NCBI GenBank assembly: GCA_963847705.1 | Contig: CAWKBC010000044.1 | Span: 32,001 to 96,000 of the forward strand | DNA: 64,000 bases | DNA from: an uncultured Pseudomonadota bacterium | Lineage (GTDB): Bacteria; Myxococcota_A; Polyangia; Fen-1088 | Direction: 5' to 3' | In this document: piece after piece, positions 1 through 10,390 of the stretch | How positions within the stretch are numbered: position 1 is the stretch's first letter | How the letters are laid out: each line of letters opens with the position of its first letter | Made by a program: the position numbers and the translations under genes | Notes under the pieces: generated by a model | Databases searched by the model: none | The model's input: only the letters and a program-made list of their open reading frames with translations | What the model was told of the DNA's origin: nothing

Positions 1-375
1 TTGGCCGAAGCGGCTCGGGAGTTCGGTCGCCGGTTTCAAGGAATCGCCCCCGAAACGATCGGGCTGCTCGAGCGTTACCGGTGGCCAGGAAACGTCCGCG
101 AGCTACGCGCCGTCATTTCTCGCGCCGCGCTCCTGCACGACGATGATCGGCTGCGTCCGGCTCACCTGCCCTCCGAGCTGGTGGTGGCGGCGCTGGCGGC
201 GCCGGCCACCTCAGCCCCCGCAAGGGATGGGGCTCCGGCCATCCCGACGCTCGAGGAGGTCGAGCTCAGCCACATCCGACGCGTGCTGGACATTTGTGCC
301 GGCAATCGCACGCTCGCCGCTCAACATCTCGGCATCACCCGGCAGACGTTGTCCAAGAGAGTCGGCGGCGATTGA
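1..375 (+). CDS. Sigma54-dependent (NtrC/Fis-type) enhancer-binding protein, C-terminal part; runs off the window edge
   Basis: Y-x-WPGNVREL AAA+ C-terminal motif and Fis HTH (GNRTLAAQHLGITRQTL). Confidence 0.9.
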   Translation: MAEAAREFGRRFQGIAPETIGLLERYRWPGNVRELRAVISRAALLHDDDRLRPAHLPSELVVAALAAPATSAPARDGAPAIPTLEEVELSHIRRVLDICAGNRTLAAQHLGITRQTLSKRVGGD

Positions 376-470
376 TCGCTGGCCCGGGCATGGGGAGACT
401 CGGGTTCAGAGGATCGACGGCCGAGCGTGGTCGACAGGAAACGGTAGAAGCAGCATCCGCTTCCCTCGCC

Positions 471-1292
471 TCAGTTCGACCGGCGCTTTGTGCGTCGTTG
501 AGATGACGGAGGCTCGATCTCGACGGTCGCCCAAGCAGGAGCATGATCGCTGGCGCCCGGCAGTCCCCGCACCCAGGCATCAACCCCGGTTTCGACCAGG
601 GTCGCGGCGAGAGAAGCGCTCAGCAGGATGTGATCGAGGCGCATGCCCGCGTTCCTTTCCCACGCCTCCCGCAGGTAGTCCCAGAAGGTGTAGACCGGCT
701 CGTGGGGGTGGGTCGCCTTGATCGCATCCAACCAACCCTGCCCAAGCAACTGCTGGTAGAGAACGCGCGGCTCAGGCTGCAGCAGCGCGTTCTTCAGCCA
801 GGACCGCGTGTTGTAGATGTCGAAGTCGGTGGGCACCACGTTGTAATCGCCGACGAGCGCGACGGGATGGCCAGTCTCAAAGAGCGCCTGGGCGTGGGCC
901 AGGAGGCGGTGCATCCAGGCGAGCTTGTAAGCGAACTTCGGGCCGGGCTGCGGATTCCCGTTTGGGGCGTACAGGCAGCCGACGAGCACGCCATGCGCGG
1001 CGGCCTCCAGGTACCGGCTTTGTGTGTCGTGTGGATCCCCGGGCAGCTGGCGACGCGTCTCCACCGGCGTCATCCCCTTGGCCAGGATCGCGACCCCGTT
1101 CCACGAAGGCTGACCGACCCATCGAGCGCCGTACCCGGCGGCTTCGATCTGGCGGAGCGGAAACCGCGCATCGAGCACCTTGATCTCCTGGAGGCAGACG
1201 ATGTCGGGAGACGCTCTGGTCAGCCACTCCAGCAGGACCGCCAGGCGCTTGGCGATGTTGTTGATGTTGAAGGTCGCGAGCTTGAGAGGCAT
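471..1292 (-). CDS. xth: Exodeoxyribonuclease III
   Basis: LATFNIN, CLQEIK, YAPNG, GDYNV, GMRLDH and SDHAP motifs; start moved to ATG 1292. Confidence 0.93.
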   Translation of the reverse strand: MPLKLATFNINNIAKRLAVLLEWLTRASPDIVCLQEIKVLDARFPLRQIEAAGYGARWVGQPSWNGVAILAKGMTPVETRRQLPGDPHDTQSRYLEAAAHGVLVGCLYAPNGNPQPGPKFAYKLAWMHRLLAHAQALFETGHPVALVGDYNVVPTDFDIYNTRSWLKNALLQPEPRVLYQQLLGQGWLDAIKATHPHEPVYTFWDYLREAWERNAGMRLDHILLSASLAATLVETGVDAWVRGLPGASDHAPAWATVEIEPPSSQRRTKRRSN

Positions 1293-1399
1293 CAGGATCC
1301 GGCGAACGCGCGACGGGCGGAGCACGGAAGGTGTCGCGCGCGCGGTCGCGTCGGTCCGGAGCGTAGCGAGAATTGGGCCCGTCCGGAACCTGAGAAACG

Positions 1400-2317
1400 C
1401 TAGCCAGACGCGGCAAGCTGGATGACGATCTTGCCGGGCTCGTGGGGTGCGCCCGCGAGCATGGCGTGCGCCTGGCGCACCTCCGAAAGCGGCAGTCGTG
1501 AGCCCACACGCGCGGTGATTCGGCCCGCGTCGAACAATGGCGTGAGCGTCTGCAGGCGCGCGGTGGTGACCTCGGCGTAGAAGAAGATGGCCCCGGCCGG
1601 ACGCGGTGGCGTGGAGACCGAGGTCACCAGCTTGCCTCCGGGTTTCAACGCGCCGATGCAGCGCTGCAAGGTCCTGCCCCCGACCGTGTCGAGGATGACA
1701 TCCACCTGCGGGAGGTCCTGCTCGAATGCGGGCTTGCTGGAGTCGATGATGGCTTTCACGCCCAGGGAACGGAGCAGGTCTTCGTCGTCGAGGCGGGCGA
1801 CGGCCACCACGTGCATCCCGGCGTCCACGGCCAGCTGTACGGCGTAGGCGCCGACGTTCCCGGCAGCTCCGACGACCATCACCGTTTGTCCGCGCGCCGC
1901 CTGCGCATACTGGAAGAGCATCTGCCAGGCGGTCACGGCGATCACAGGCGCCGACGCGGCCTCGACGTGACTGAGCGAACGCGGCTTGGGCGCGATCGTC
2001 CCCCCCGCGGCGAGCGCGAGCTCTGCCTGGGCGCCACAGAACTGCGGGTTGGTGACGCCGTAGACTTCGTCGCCGGCCGCGAAGTCCGTCACGCCCCGGC
2101 CGACCTTCTCGACGACACCGGAGAGATCCGAACCGAGGGTGAGCGGAGGTTGCGGGCTGACCTTGCTCTGCCCCTCACGGATGATCGCGTCCCAGGGGGC
2201 GACGCCAGCGGCCATCACGCGCACCAGAACTTCGCCCGGGCCCGGCGACGGTACCGGCACATCTTCAACCACCACGACCTCGGGCGGCCCGAAGCCATGA
2301 ATCCTGGCTGCTTTCAC
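1400..2317 (-). CDS. NADP-dependent oxidoreductase (MDR/quinone oxidoreductase-like)
   Basis: MKAARIHGFG start, GEVLVRV, GAAGNVG nucleotide-binding motif, GKIVI C-terminus. Confidence 0.88.
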   Translation of the reverse strand: MKAARIHGFGPPEVVVVEDVPVPSPGPGEVLVRVMAAGVAPWDAIIREGQSKVSPQPPLTLGSDLSGVVEKVGRGVTDFAAGDEVYGVTNPQFCGAQAELALAAGGTIAPKPRSLSHVEAASAPVIAVTAWQMLFQYAQAARGQTVMVVGAAGNVGAYAVQLAVDAGMHVVAVARLDDEDLLRSLGVKAIIDSSKPAFEQDLPQVDVILDTVGGRTLQRCIGALKPGGKLVTSVSTPPRPAGAIFFYAEVTTARLQTLTPLFDAGRITARVGSRLPLSEVRQAHAMLAGAPHEPGKIVIQLAASG

Positions 2318-2439
2318 GGCTCACCCCTTCTCACGTGAAGATAACAAGCGGCCCGCCGAGGCAAGGCCTCCAAGGACGCCAAGCGCTGCTCGCTTCCCGA
2401 GCGCGATCGGAGGGCTCCTCCTCCTCGAACCCCTCGGAG

Positions 2440-4086
2440 CTAGAGCTCCTGCAACGCGCGGTGAATCAACTGGACGCAGATCGAGCCCTCGCCGACCGCC
2501 GAGGCCACGCGCTTGACGCTGCCTGAGCGGGCATCTCCCACGCAGAACACGCCCGGGATGCTGGTTTCCATGAGATAGGGCCGGCGTGGCAATGGCCACT
2601 TCGCGACCAGCAGCTCCTCGGCCGTCAGGTCGGCCCCCGTCTTCACGAACTGCTTATCGTCCTGCAGCAAGCAGCCCGCGAGCCATCCGGTGTTCGGATC
2701 TGCGCCGGTCATCAGGAAAAGGCTCCCCACCGGCCGGGTGGTCATGTTCCCGGTGTCGAGGTTCTTCCAGGTCAGCTGCTCCAGCCGGTCCTTTCCCTCC
2801 AGCTCGGTGACCTCGCAGCGGGTGCCGAGGTCGATGTTCGAGCCGTTCTCGATGCGCTGGATCAGGTAGCGCGACATGCTCTCCGCGAGCCCCGGCCCGC
2901 GGACGAGGACCTGCACATGCTTCGCGATCTGGGAGAGGTAGACGGCGGCTTGGCCGGCGGAGTTGCCTCCGCCCACGATGGCGATGTCCTGTCCGGCCGA
3001 GAGCTGTCCTTCGAGCCGCGTCGCGCTGTAGTAGACGCCCACGCCTTCGAATCGATGCAGCGAGGGAAGATCGAGCTTCCTGTACTTCACGCCGCTGGCG
3101 ATCACGACGGACCGCGCCCGCACCTCTTGCCCGTCAGAGAGATGGATCCGGTAAGGCCGGCTGTCGCAATCCAGACGGACCGCCGTGCGGCCGACGGCAA
3201 CCTCCGCGCCGAACTTCTCGGCCTGGGTGAGCGCCCGCCCGGACAACGCCTGTCCCGAGATTCCGGTGGGGAAGCCGAGGTAGTTCTCGATGCGTGAGCT
3301 CGTCCCGGCCTGACCGCCCGGCGCGGTCCCCTCCAGGACCAGGACGTCCAGGCCTTCCGAGGCCCCATACACCGCGGCGGCGAGGCCGGCCGGCCCCGCA
3401 CCCACGACGACGACGTCCCGTACGACCGCCGAGTCCAACTTGGGATCGAGACCGGTCATCTGGGCGAGCACGTCGATCGTGGGGTTGCGGAGAATGTGTC
3501 CGCCCTGGGAGATGACGATCGGGATCTCGTTGATGCCGACCTGGAACCGCTCGAGCAGCGCTTCGACGCCGGGGTCGGTCTCCACGTCCTGATAGCGAAA
3601 CGGCTGAGCGTTGCGGGTCAGAAATTCCTTGATGCGGATCGTGTCCGCCGAGTTGCGTGAACCGACGAGAACCAGATCCCCGGCGCCCACGTCGAGCAGC
3701 TGGATGCGCCTGAGGATGAAGGCGCGCATGAAGATCTCGCTGAGCTCCGCGTCCCGCTGCACGAGCGTGCGCAGGGCATCGTTGTCGACGACGAGGAGCT
3801 CGCTCGGCCCGGTGGTTCGCCCCCGCACGATGCTTCGTCGCGCCGAGAGCATGCCGATGTCGCCCGTGAACTGGCCAGGGCCGTGAACGACGATGGGGGT
3901 CTCGACGCCGCCGACCGGCTGCACCACCTCGATCCCGCCGGAGAGCACCACGTAGAAGCGGCTGTTCTGATCGCCGGGGCTGAACAAGACCTCTCCGGCC
4001 GGCGTGGAGCAACGGCGTCCGACGGCCGCGATGCGCTCGATCTGAGCGGGCGTCAGCACGGGGAAGGTCTGGGCAGCGCGTTCCAT
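2440..4086 (-). CDS. Cyclic-nucleotide-binding domain fused to a thioredoxin-reductase-like FAD oxidoreductase
   Basis: N-terminal cNMP domain (GEVLF..G..FYVVLSG..GQFTGD); GAGPAG, IENYLGFP, GGGNSA and KRVASAVGEG motifs; no CxxC (YYSAT instead). Confidence 0.9.
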   Translation of the reverse strand: MERAAQTFPVLTPAQIERIAAVGRRCSTPAGEVLFSPGDQNSRFYVVLSGGIEVVQPVGGVETPIVVHGPGQFTGDIGMLSARRSIVRGRTTGPSELLVVDNDALRTLVQRDAELSEIFMRAFILRRIQLLDVGAGDLVLVGSRNSADTIRIKEFLTRNAQPFRYQDVETDPGVEALLERFQVGINEIPIVISQGGHILRNPTIDVLAQMTGLDPKLDSAVVRDVVVVGAGPAGLAAAVYGASEGLDVLVLEGTAPGGQAGTSSRIENYLGFPTGISGQALSGRALTQAEKFGAEVAVGRTAVRLDCDSRPYRIHLSDGQEVRARSVVIASGVKYRKLDLPSLHRFEGVGVYYSATRLEGQLSAGQDIAIVGGGNSAGQAAVYLSQIAKHVQVLVRGPGLAESMSRYLIQRIENGSNIDLGTRCEVTELEGKDRLEQLTWKNLDTGNMTTRPVGSLFLMTGADPNTGWLAGCLLQDDKQFVKTGADLTAEELLVAKWPLPRRPYLMETSIPGVFCVGDARSGSVKRVASAVGEGSICVQLIHRALQEL

Positions 4087-4152
4087 GGCTCAGTGGACCC
4101 ACACCTCGCCCATCGCCGGGCCTTCCTCGATCATGGCAGGAGCCCGCCGCCC

Positions 4153-4401
4153 TCAGAACTGCTCTGCCTCGTGAGCATGGCCGATCGCTTTTCTGAGCTT
4201 CGGCTCGAGCTTCTTGCAGTCGAACGTCACCTTCTCTGACTGCACAGAAACCACTGCGTCCGCCGGAACAACAAAGTCCCCGGTGTTCTCGACGTAGACG
4301 GTGAGGCGACGCCCGTCGGGCGAGATCTCACGGACTGCCCCGAACTCCTCCTGACCGTCGGAAACGAACGTCTGGAAACCGACCTGGATCTTCTCGTGCA
4401 T
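4153..4401 (-). CDS. Small conserved hypothetical protein (PRC-barrel/DUF2171-like)
   Basis: ATG 4401 with a GGAG/GAGG-type RBS; compact beta-rich sequence with protein-like codon usage. Confidence 0.6.
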   Translation of the reverse strand: MHEKIQVGFQTFVSDGQEEFGAVREISPDGRRLTVYVENTGDFVVPADAVVSVQSEKVTFDCKKLEPKLRKAIGHAHEAEQF

Positions 4402-4603
4402 GACACCGCTCCTCTCTCCGGTACCCATAGCACGACCGCCGGCTCCACTTCGTGGCCGTCGCGCCGGCGCGCATCGGCGGTGGCACCAGCCCCGCCATTC
4501 CGATTGGTCCCCACTTTATGATCATCTGGCTTTCGACAAGTACGCACGGCCCTGAACGCCTGATCCGCCAAGTCCCCTCTCGGACCGGCTCGAGGTGTTC
4601 GAG

Positions 4604-6980
4604 CTAACCGCGGCGCCGACGACCGGCCAGCAGGAGCCCGAAGAGACCAACCACCAGCACGCCGGGGCCCGGCATCGCTCCGTCGTCGAGGGCGCAGGTG
4701 CATCCAGCGCTGCTCGACGCGGTCACCGGCCCTTGGTCGAGATCGGTGCCGAGGAACGGGGCGGGTTGACCGCCGTCTATCTCGGGTGGGTGCCCACCGC
4801 GGCCCGACCCACCATCGCCCGCCCCGCCGGCGGCGGCGGCCCCCGAGGCGCCACCTTGGCCAGATGTCCCGGCGCCGGTGGTCAATCCCGTACCCGCGCC
4901 CCCCGTCGAATCCTCCCCCGGCAGCTGCACCCGCGGCGCCGCCGCTCATCGAGCCGGCGCCGCCCATCGTCGCTCCCGAACCGCCGGTGCCACCAGCTCC
5001 GGCGCCCGAGCCGCCGGACCCGGTCGCAGCTCCTGATCCCACGAATCCTGGATTGCAACCCGCGAGGGAGAGGGTCACCGACTGCCCGGCGGCGAGCGAG
5101 AGGTAGGAGATGGTCTGTCCGCCGTAGCTCTCGGCGCCGGGCGTACAAAGACCCGTGACCGGGACCGTCGCGGCGTTGGCGACCGAGACGGTCAGGGAGC
5201 TTCCCGGTTGCACCGTGGCGGCGACGCCCGACGCCTCGAACGTCATCCGGCTTTCCACACGTGCAGCCAGCTCGTCCATCGTGAAGCTGACGACCGGAAA
5301 CGTGGCGGCCGCCTCGTACTTGGCGAAGGCGGCGTCGAGCAGATCCGAGAAGAGGCTGTGCCCGGCACCGTCATAGTTGCGGGTGTTGGCCTGATGAAAC
5401 ATCCAGGGATCGTTGTTTCCCTCCAGCAGGTAGCGGAGGAGCCCGTCGCTCACATTGTCGATCACGGTCGGGTAATCGACCGCGGCGCCCTGAGTCTTGG
5501 TCGCCTGGTACTCGGCGATGTACTCGGACGGCTGCGAGACGTCGTAGTCGACGCCGCTCGGGATGCGCGGAATCTCGAGCACGGTCGGTTGGAGAGCGTT
5601 CCACAGACCGAGGTTGGGCGACGGGTTGTCCTCTCCGGCCGCCGAGGTGTCGCTCACGATCTGCCGGATGCCGGCGTCGTGGATGGCCCGCATGGCGTCC
5701 GCGCTGCTGAGCCCCGAGATGCTCGGCGTCACCGCGTTCGCCGTCGCGTAGGGCATGAGGCCAAGGCCGCGGATGAAGGCGTCGTTCTGGGTGAACTCGT
5801 TGAGCGCGTCGGCATAGCTGAGCCCATCCAGGATGGGGTGGTCCCAGCTGTGGCTGATCCAGGAGAACGTCGGCCCGAGCGCGAGCGCCTTGGCGGTGAG
5901 CGGATCACCCGGCTTCGACTGCGACCCCTGCCCGTTCACCGCCCAGGCCAGGCGAAACTCCGCGGTCAGCGGCAGCGCGCGGGTCCGGGTCTGCCAGTCG
6001 GCCAGCGCCTGAAGATCGACGTCCGTGATCCGGTAGGTGCCGCCGGTGTAGATGTCGCTCGCCAGGAAGAAGTCGTCGATCTGGGGGTCGGCGTAGACGT
6101 GCCGTTCGCCGACGAACAGGCCCCGGGTCGCCCAGTTGACCAGACCGTAGGCGAGCTCGAGATAGGGCGCCAGGGTCGGGCTCTGCGCGAAGGTGAGCGC
6201 CAGAGCCTGTCGACCGTCCGGATAGCTGCGCGTCGCGGCGAAGACGTTGCCGCTCGCGTCGGAGAGAAGCGGGACCGTGGCCCCGTCGGTCGCCGCCGCG
6301 GGATAGGCATAGCCCTCGGTCATGACGATCGCGTTGGCGCAGTTCGCGCCCACGAAGATCGTCGCGCCCGCCGAGGTACAGGTCATCGTGATTGGTGTCT
6401 TGGTGGGGTCGATGTCGCCCTTGCCGACGAGGCCGTACGCAGTGCTGGGCGACGTGTAGAGCGACACGCGCCGCACATTGAACTCGGCCTCGTAGGTCGC
6501 GAGCGTGAGCCACTCATCGTCCGTGAAGGCGCTCCCTCCGCTGATCTCGAGTCCCCCGAGGTCCAAGAAGATGGCGTCGTACTTCCCGTGGGTGCCGTCG
6601 GCCAGTGCACTTGCCGTGAGAGCGGGGCCGGTGGTGGCGTTGAGAACATCGAACGGTGAGCCCAGGTACTGCAGGGTGCTCTCGATCGCCTGGAACGCGG
6701 CGTCCGTCCCGTCGGCGGTGATGATGAGCGCGCGCGCGTCGACGGCTGCACCCGCGATCGGCGCCGCGCCGGTGTCGGGCGCGCTGTTGACCGCCGAGGC
6801 GATCTGGAGCGGTTTCGCGAAGAGCTGAGGCTGTGGGACCGGGGAAGGCGTGTGGTGCTCGTGGGCAATCAGCGGCCCATCGTTGGAAGTGGCGTTGGAA
6901 GTGGCGTTGCAACCGAGCCCCCCCCACACGATTCCGCCTGTCGCGACAACCATCACCCATCGACCGAAACGATCCGCCAC
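4604..6980 (-). CDS. Agd3-like (CE18-type) polysaccharide deacetylase with Gly-rich linker and MYXO-CTERM; interrupted by a 1-nt frameshift near 4899-4919
   Basis: GTG 6980 with GGAGG; ER-HVY..QIDDFFL, SHSWDH and WMFHQAN motifs; the tail GCTCA..LVVGLFGLLLAGRRRR lies in the adjacent frame (ORF 4604..4930). Confidence 0.78.
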
Positions 6981-7035
6981 GCTCGCCTCCCCTGACAAAC
7001 TCGCCCAACCAATGCGCCCGCGAGTCACAAGTGAC

Positions 7036-7051
7036 AGCAGATCTCGTGCCG
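7036..7051 (-). promoter_or_regulatory. Putative sigma54 -24/-12 promoter of the Agd3-like gene
   Basis: Minus strand reads CGGCACGAGATCTGCT, i.e. GG-N10-GC close to the TGGCACG-N4-TTGC consensus, about 55 nt upstream of the start. Confidence 0.6.
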
Positions 7052-7061
7052 CGCGAGCTCC

Positions 7062-7117
7062 CGGCCAGCCTTGTGGCCAATCTTCGGGCAGCCTTGGGCC
7101 AGTCCCGGGCCAGTCTT
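7062..7117. repeat. Five degenerate ~11-bp direct repeats (consensus near GGCCAGYCTT)
   Basis: cggccagccttg/tggccaatctt/cgggcagcctt/gggccagtccc/gggccagtctt. Confidence 0.6.
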
Positions 7118-7451
7118 GGGCGGAGGCGCTACCGTTTGGTGCCGCGCTCGTCCCGCAACCACCCTCCACGACCGCGCGCCGCCTGGCCGCTCCTCAGAAT
7201 TCTACGTAGAAGTCTGCTCCACCTCGGCCTGATGGTCGACTGCAGCTCCCGACCGCGAACCGAGAGCTTGACGGGCGAGCAGCGCAATCCGTCCTCGCGG
7301 TAGATCACCGAAGGGCTCGACTCCGGGGTGAGCGCCGCCAGCGCGCCCAGTGGAATCTGGCTTTCCGTTCGGCGAGGCGACGGTGATCTGACGAATCGCG
7401 CGGCGATCTGGTCCGCCGGGTCGATCTCGGCGGTCTCGATCTGGGGCGGAT

Positions 7452-9131
7452 CTACGGCGCGCCGTCGACCAGCACGAGGGTCGGGGTCTCGCTGACGTTC
7501 ACGGTGACGGCGTGGTCGCTCACCGCCGCCGGCGTGGCGGTGCCGCTGGCCGACCCCGCCGTCAGCGTCACCGTGGTCGCCGAGGAGATCGCTCCCGGCA
7601 ACGCCAGCGCGTAACCATTGCTCACCGAGCCGTCGCTCGTCGCCATCCAGAGCACGTACGCGCCCTGGTTGGCGGCCGCGTCGTAAAAGCGCGCGATGCT
7701 GAGGTTCGGCCTTCCCGAGGGAGCGGTCCCGGCGTAGCGCATGGTGCCGAGCCGCGCGCGCACCGTCGCCAGGTAGTACCAGGAGGTCTTGGGCTGCTCG
7801 TCACCTTTTTGCGTGAGCACACCGCTGGTCGAAAACTGCACGTCGTTGTCGGGGCAAGCGGACGCCGAGCCGGTGCAGTTGTCGCGCGAGACGAAGAGAA
7901 ACGCCCGGTCGATGCCCGACCCCATCAACGCCAGGAAGGTCCGCACCAGCCACTGCCCCTGCACCGCCTGCGCGTCGGCGCTGCCGATCGCCGGGGCGCG
8001 CAGGCGCGAGCCCGGATCGGTGTCGTATCCAAATTCGGTCAGCCAGACCTCCTTGCCGGGCAGGTGCTGATCGCGGTAGGCGACCACGCCGGCCAGCGCC
8101 GTGGCGATGCCGCACGGCTCGGGCGCGACGCCGGGGCGCGGGTTGGTGGTCCCGAACGGATCCGGGCCGAAGCAGTAGTCGTGCACGTTGAGGATGTCGG
8201 CGGGGAAGCTGCCGCCGCGGTGGGCGGCCGCCCAGGCCCGCATCCCGTCGAGGTAGGTGGTGACGTTGGTCAGCCAGTCCGACGAGGCGCCTGCCCCGGC
8301 CAGCCCGGCCAGCACCAGCTTGGCGGCCGGGTCGGCGCCCTTGATGCCGAACGTTCCGCCCAGCCGGCCTTGATCGCCGTCGTAGTCGGCGCTGGACATG
8401 GCCGCCGCCGCCGCCGGCGAGAACACCGGCGAGCCATCGGCGTTCACCCAGTTGGCGTCCGGCTCGTTGCCGTCTTCGTAGTAGCGCAGGAGCCCGAGCC
8501 CGGTGCGCGCGGCCTGGCCCGAAGCGAGCTTCAGGTTCGCGGTGGGGACCGCCTGCGCGCCGTAGCGGGCCGCGTACTGGTAGAGGAAGCTGGCGTGGGC
8601 GACGTAGGAGGCGGCCAGGGTCACGTCGGCGCCGGCGGAGACCGGCGGCATCGCGCTGCCGAGGAAGTCGACCGAGCCTTCGATGCAGGGAAACGGCGTC
8701 ACGCCCGCCTGACCGAGGGCCGTGTAGTAGGCGTCGAAATCCCAGGCGCCGGCGACGGCCGTGAATGACAATTGATTGTTGGGGTAGCCCGGATAGCCCG
8801 CCGCACCGTTGCCTTCGTTCCAGCTCCAGTCGTGGTACTCCCGCACGTTCCCCACGGCGGCGAGCTTGGCCGGGTCGTCGTCGATGAAGCCGTTGAGGCC
8901 GAGAAAATCCCCCACCAGCGGCCCTGTCGCCATGCTGCTGCCCGCGGTTCCGCCCGCTGCGGCGCCGCCCGCGCCGCCTACTGGCCCTGGTCCCGCACCC
9001 GCCTGACCGCCGGTGCCCGACGGGTGTCCGCCCGCCCCCCCTGCGCCTGCGCTTCCGTTTTGAGACCCCTGGCTGCAGGCGAGACCGACGACCAGGACCA
9101 GCCCGAGGATCGAAGATCGACAGAGCGCCAC
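7452..9131 (-). CDS. Secreted lipoprotein, clan GH-A glycoside hydrolase-like
   Basis: Lipobox GLAC, Gly-rich tether, GNEPD acid/base and VWLTEFGYD nucleophile motifs. Confidence 0.7.
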   Translation of the reverse strand: MALCRSSILGLVLVVGLACSQGSQNGSAGAGGAGGHPSGTGGQAGAGPGPVGGAGGAAAGGTAGSSMATGPLVGDFLGLNGFIDDDPAKLAAVGNVREYHDWSWNEGNGAAGYPGYPNNQLSFTAVAGAWDFDAYYTALGQAGVTPFPCIEGSVDFLGSAMPPVSAGADVTLAASYVAHASFLYQYAARYGAQAVPTANLKLASGQAARTGLGLLRYYEDGNEPDANWVNADGSPVFSPAAAAAMSSADYDGDQGRLGGTFGIKGADPAAKLVLAGLAGAGASSDWLTNVTTYLDGMRAWAAAHRGGSFPADILNVHDYCFGPDPFGTTNPRPGVAPEPCGIATALAGVVAYRDQHLPGKEVWLTEFGYDTDPGSRLRAPAIGSADAQAVQGQWLVRTFLALMGSGIDRAFLFVSRDNCTGSASACPDNDVQFSTSGVLTQKGDEQPKTSWYYLATVRARLGTMRYAGTAPSGRPNLSIARFYDAAANQGAYVLWMATSDGSVSNGYALALPGAISSATTVTLTAGSASGTATPAAVSDHAVTVNVSETPTLVLVDGAP

Positions 9132-9135
9132 GCGC

Positions 9136-10383
9136 TCATCGTAACACGTCGGAAGCTTCGGATTTTCGAGCCGCACGCCTGCTCGCCCCGACGATCGCCG
9201 CCGACAGCGCGGCCAGCGCCAAGGCGATCGCGGCGGCGCCACCGAAGAGGGGGCGCAAACCGAGACCGGCGCGATCCCGGAGCGGGGCGATTCCGAACGC
9301 GGCCAGACCGTATCCGGCTTGATAGCAGGCGATGAGATGGCCGGGCGACGCGTCCTGGCGGCCGAGGCTGATGGTGAGGGGGAGCAGTGCCGAGCAGCCG
9401 AGGCCCGCCAGACCGAAGGCCGCCGTCCCCAGCGCCGGCGCCGAGGAGGGGATGAACGCGGTGACGACGAAGGCGAGCGCGATCACCCAGGGGAGCAGAC
9501 GAAAGGTGCTGGGCCCGGAGACCCAACGCTCGATGGCGGCGAAGAACACCCGACCTGCGGTGGCGGCTGCCCAGAACAGGGTGAGCGCGACCGCCGCCAG
9601 TCCGGCCGGGGCGTCGAGCACGCCCTTCATGTAGAGGATCGCCCAGTTTCCGTTGAGCGTCTCGACGATCCCGTAGCAGAGCGCGAAGGCCGCGAAGAGC
9701 CAGAACCGGCGGGAGAGACGGCCCGGTGATTCCGCTCTGCCGGCGTGGCGATCGGAGTCGCGCCTCTCGGCGCCGAGGGGGAGCGAGACGGTCCAGAGGA
9801 TGAGGGCCGCCAGCAAACCCCCGACGGTGAGCGGCAGCCCCCACCAGATCCCGAAACCGACGAAGAGCGCGACGAAGACCGGCGCCAGCGCGGTCCCCAG
9901 CCCGAGCAGGGCGTTGAGCGCCAGCACCGCCACGTCGACCCGGCGCGGGAACAGCGAGCCGGCCAGCGTGTTCACCACCGGGATCGTCAGCCCGAAGCCG
10001 ATCCCCATGAGGGCCGTGGCGCCGAGCAGACAGGCGAACGCCGCCGCATGGTTCCCCAGCACGAACCGACTGGAGACGAGCAGCGCCATCGACGCCACAT
10101 CGGCGCCGAGGCCCAGCAGGAGGACGCGCTTTTCCCCCCACCGACGCGCGAATCGGCCGCCCAGCAGCGCGGCGGTCACCGCCAGGACGGTCTGCGGCGC
10201 GAACATGACTCCGTACTCGCTGTTCGAGAGGCCGTGCGCGTGCGGGTCGGTGAACACACCGCTGGCCGCGGGGAAGGTGACCAGCGCCAGCCCCTGCAGG
10301 AGGCCAGCCGTGTAGACCGCGCCAACCTGCTTCCAGCTCGGGGCGCTCGCCGCGCGGCTGGCGCCGGCCTCCACGATCGTCAC
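9136..10383 (-). CDS. MFS transporter
   Basis: About 12 hydrophobic segments; G-RFARRWGEKR loop resembling MFS motif A. Confidence 0.85.
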   Translation of the reverse strand: MTIVEAGASRAASAPSWKQVGAVYTAGLLQGLALVTFPAASGVFTDPHAHGLSNSEYGVMFAPQTVLAVTAALLGGRFARRWGEKRVLLLGLGADVASMALLVSSRFVLGNHAAAFACLLGATALMGIGFGLTIPVVNTLAGSLFPRRVDVAVLALNALLGLGTALAPVFVALFVGFGIWWGLPLTVGGLLAALILWTVSLPLGAERRDSDRHAGRAESPGRLSRRFWLFAAFALCYGIVETLNGNWAILYMKGVLDAPAGLAAVALTLFWAAATAGRVFFAAIERWVSGPSTFRLLPWVIALAFVVTAFIPSSAPALGTAAFGLAGLGCSALLPLTISLGRQDASPGHLIACYQAGYGLAAFGIAPLRDRAGLGLRPLFGGAAAIALALAALSAAIVGASRRAARKSEASDVLR

Positions 10384-10390
10384 CCGCGCG

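Noticed and set aside
4090-4134. 14-codon ORF (MIEEGPAMGEVWVH) just upstream of the cNMP flavoprotein
   Set aside because: Weak RBS and no recognisable leader-peptide features; cannot be told apart from chance.
4227-4900. C-terminal extension of the 980-aa ORF
   Set aside because: Out-of-frame read-through after the frameshift; it overlaps the real MYXO-CTERM tail and the 4153..4401 gene.
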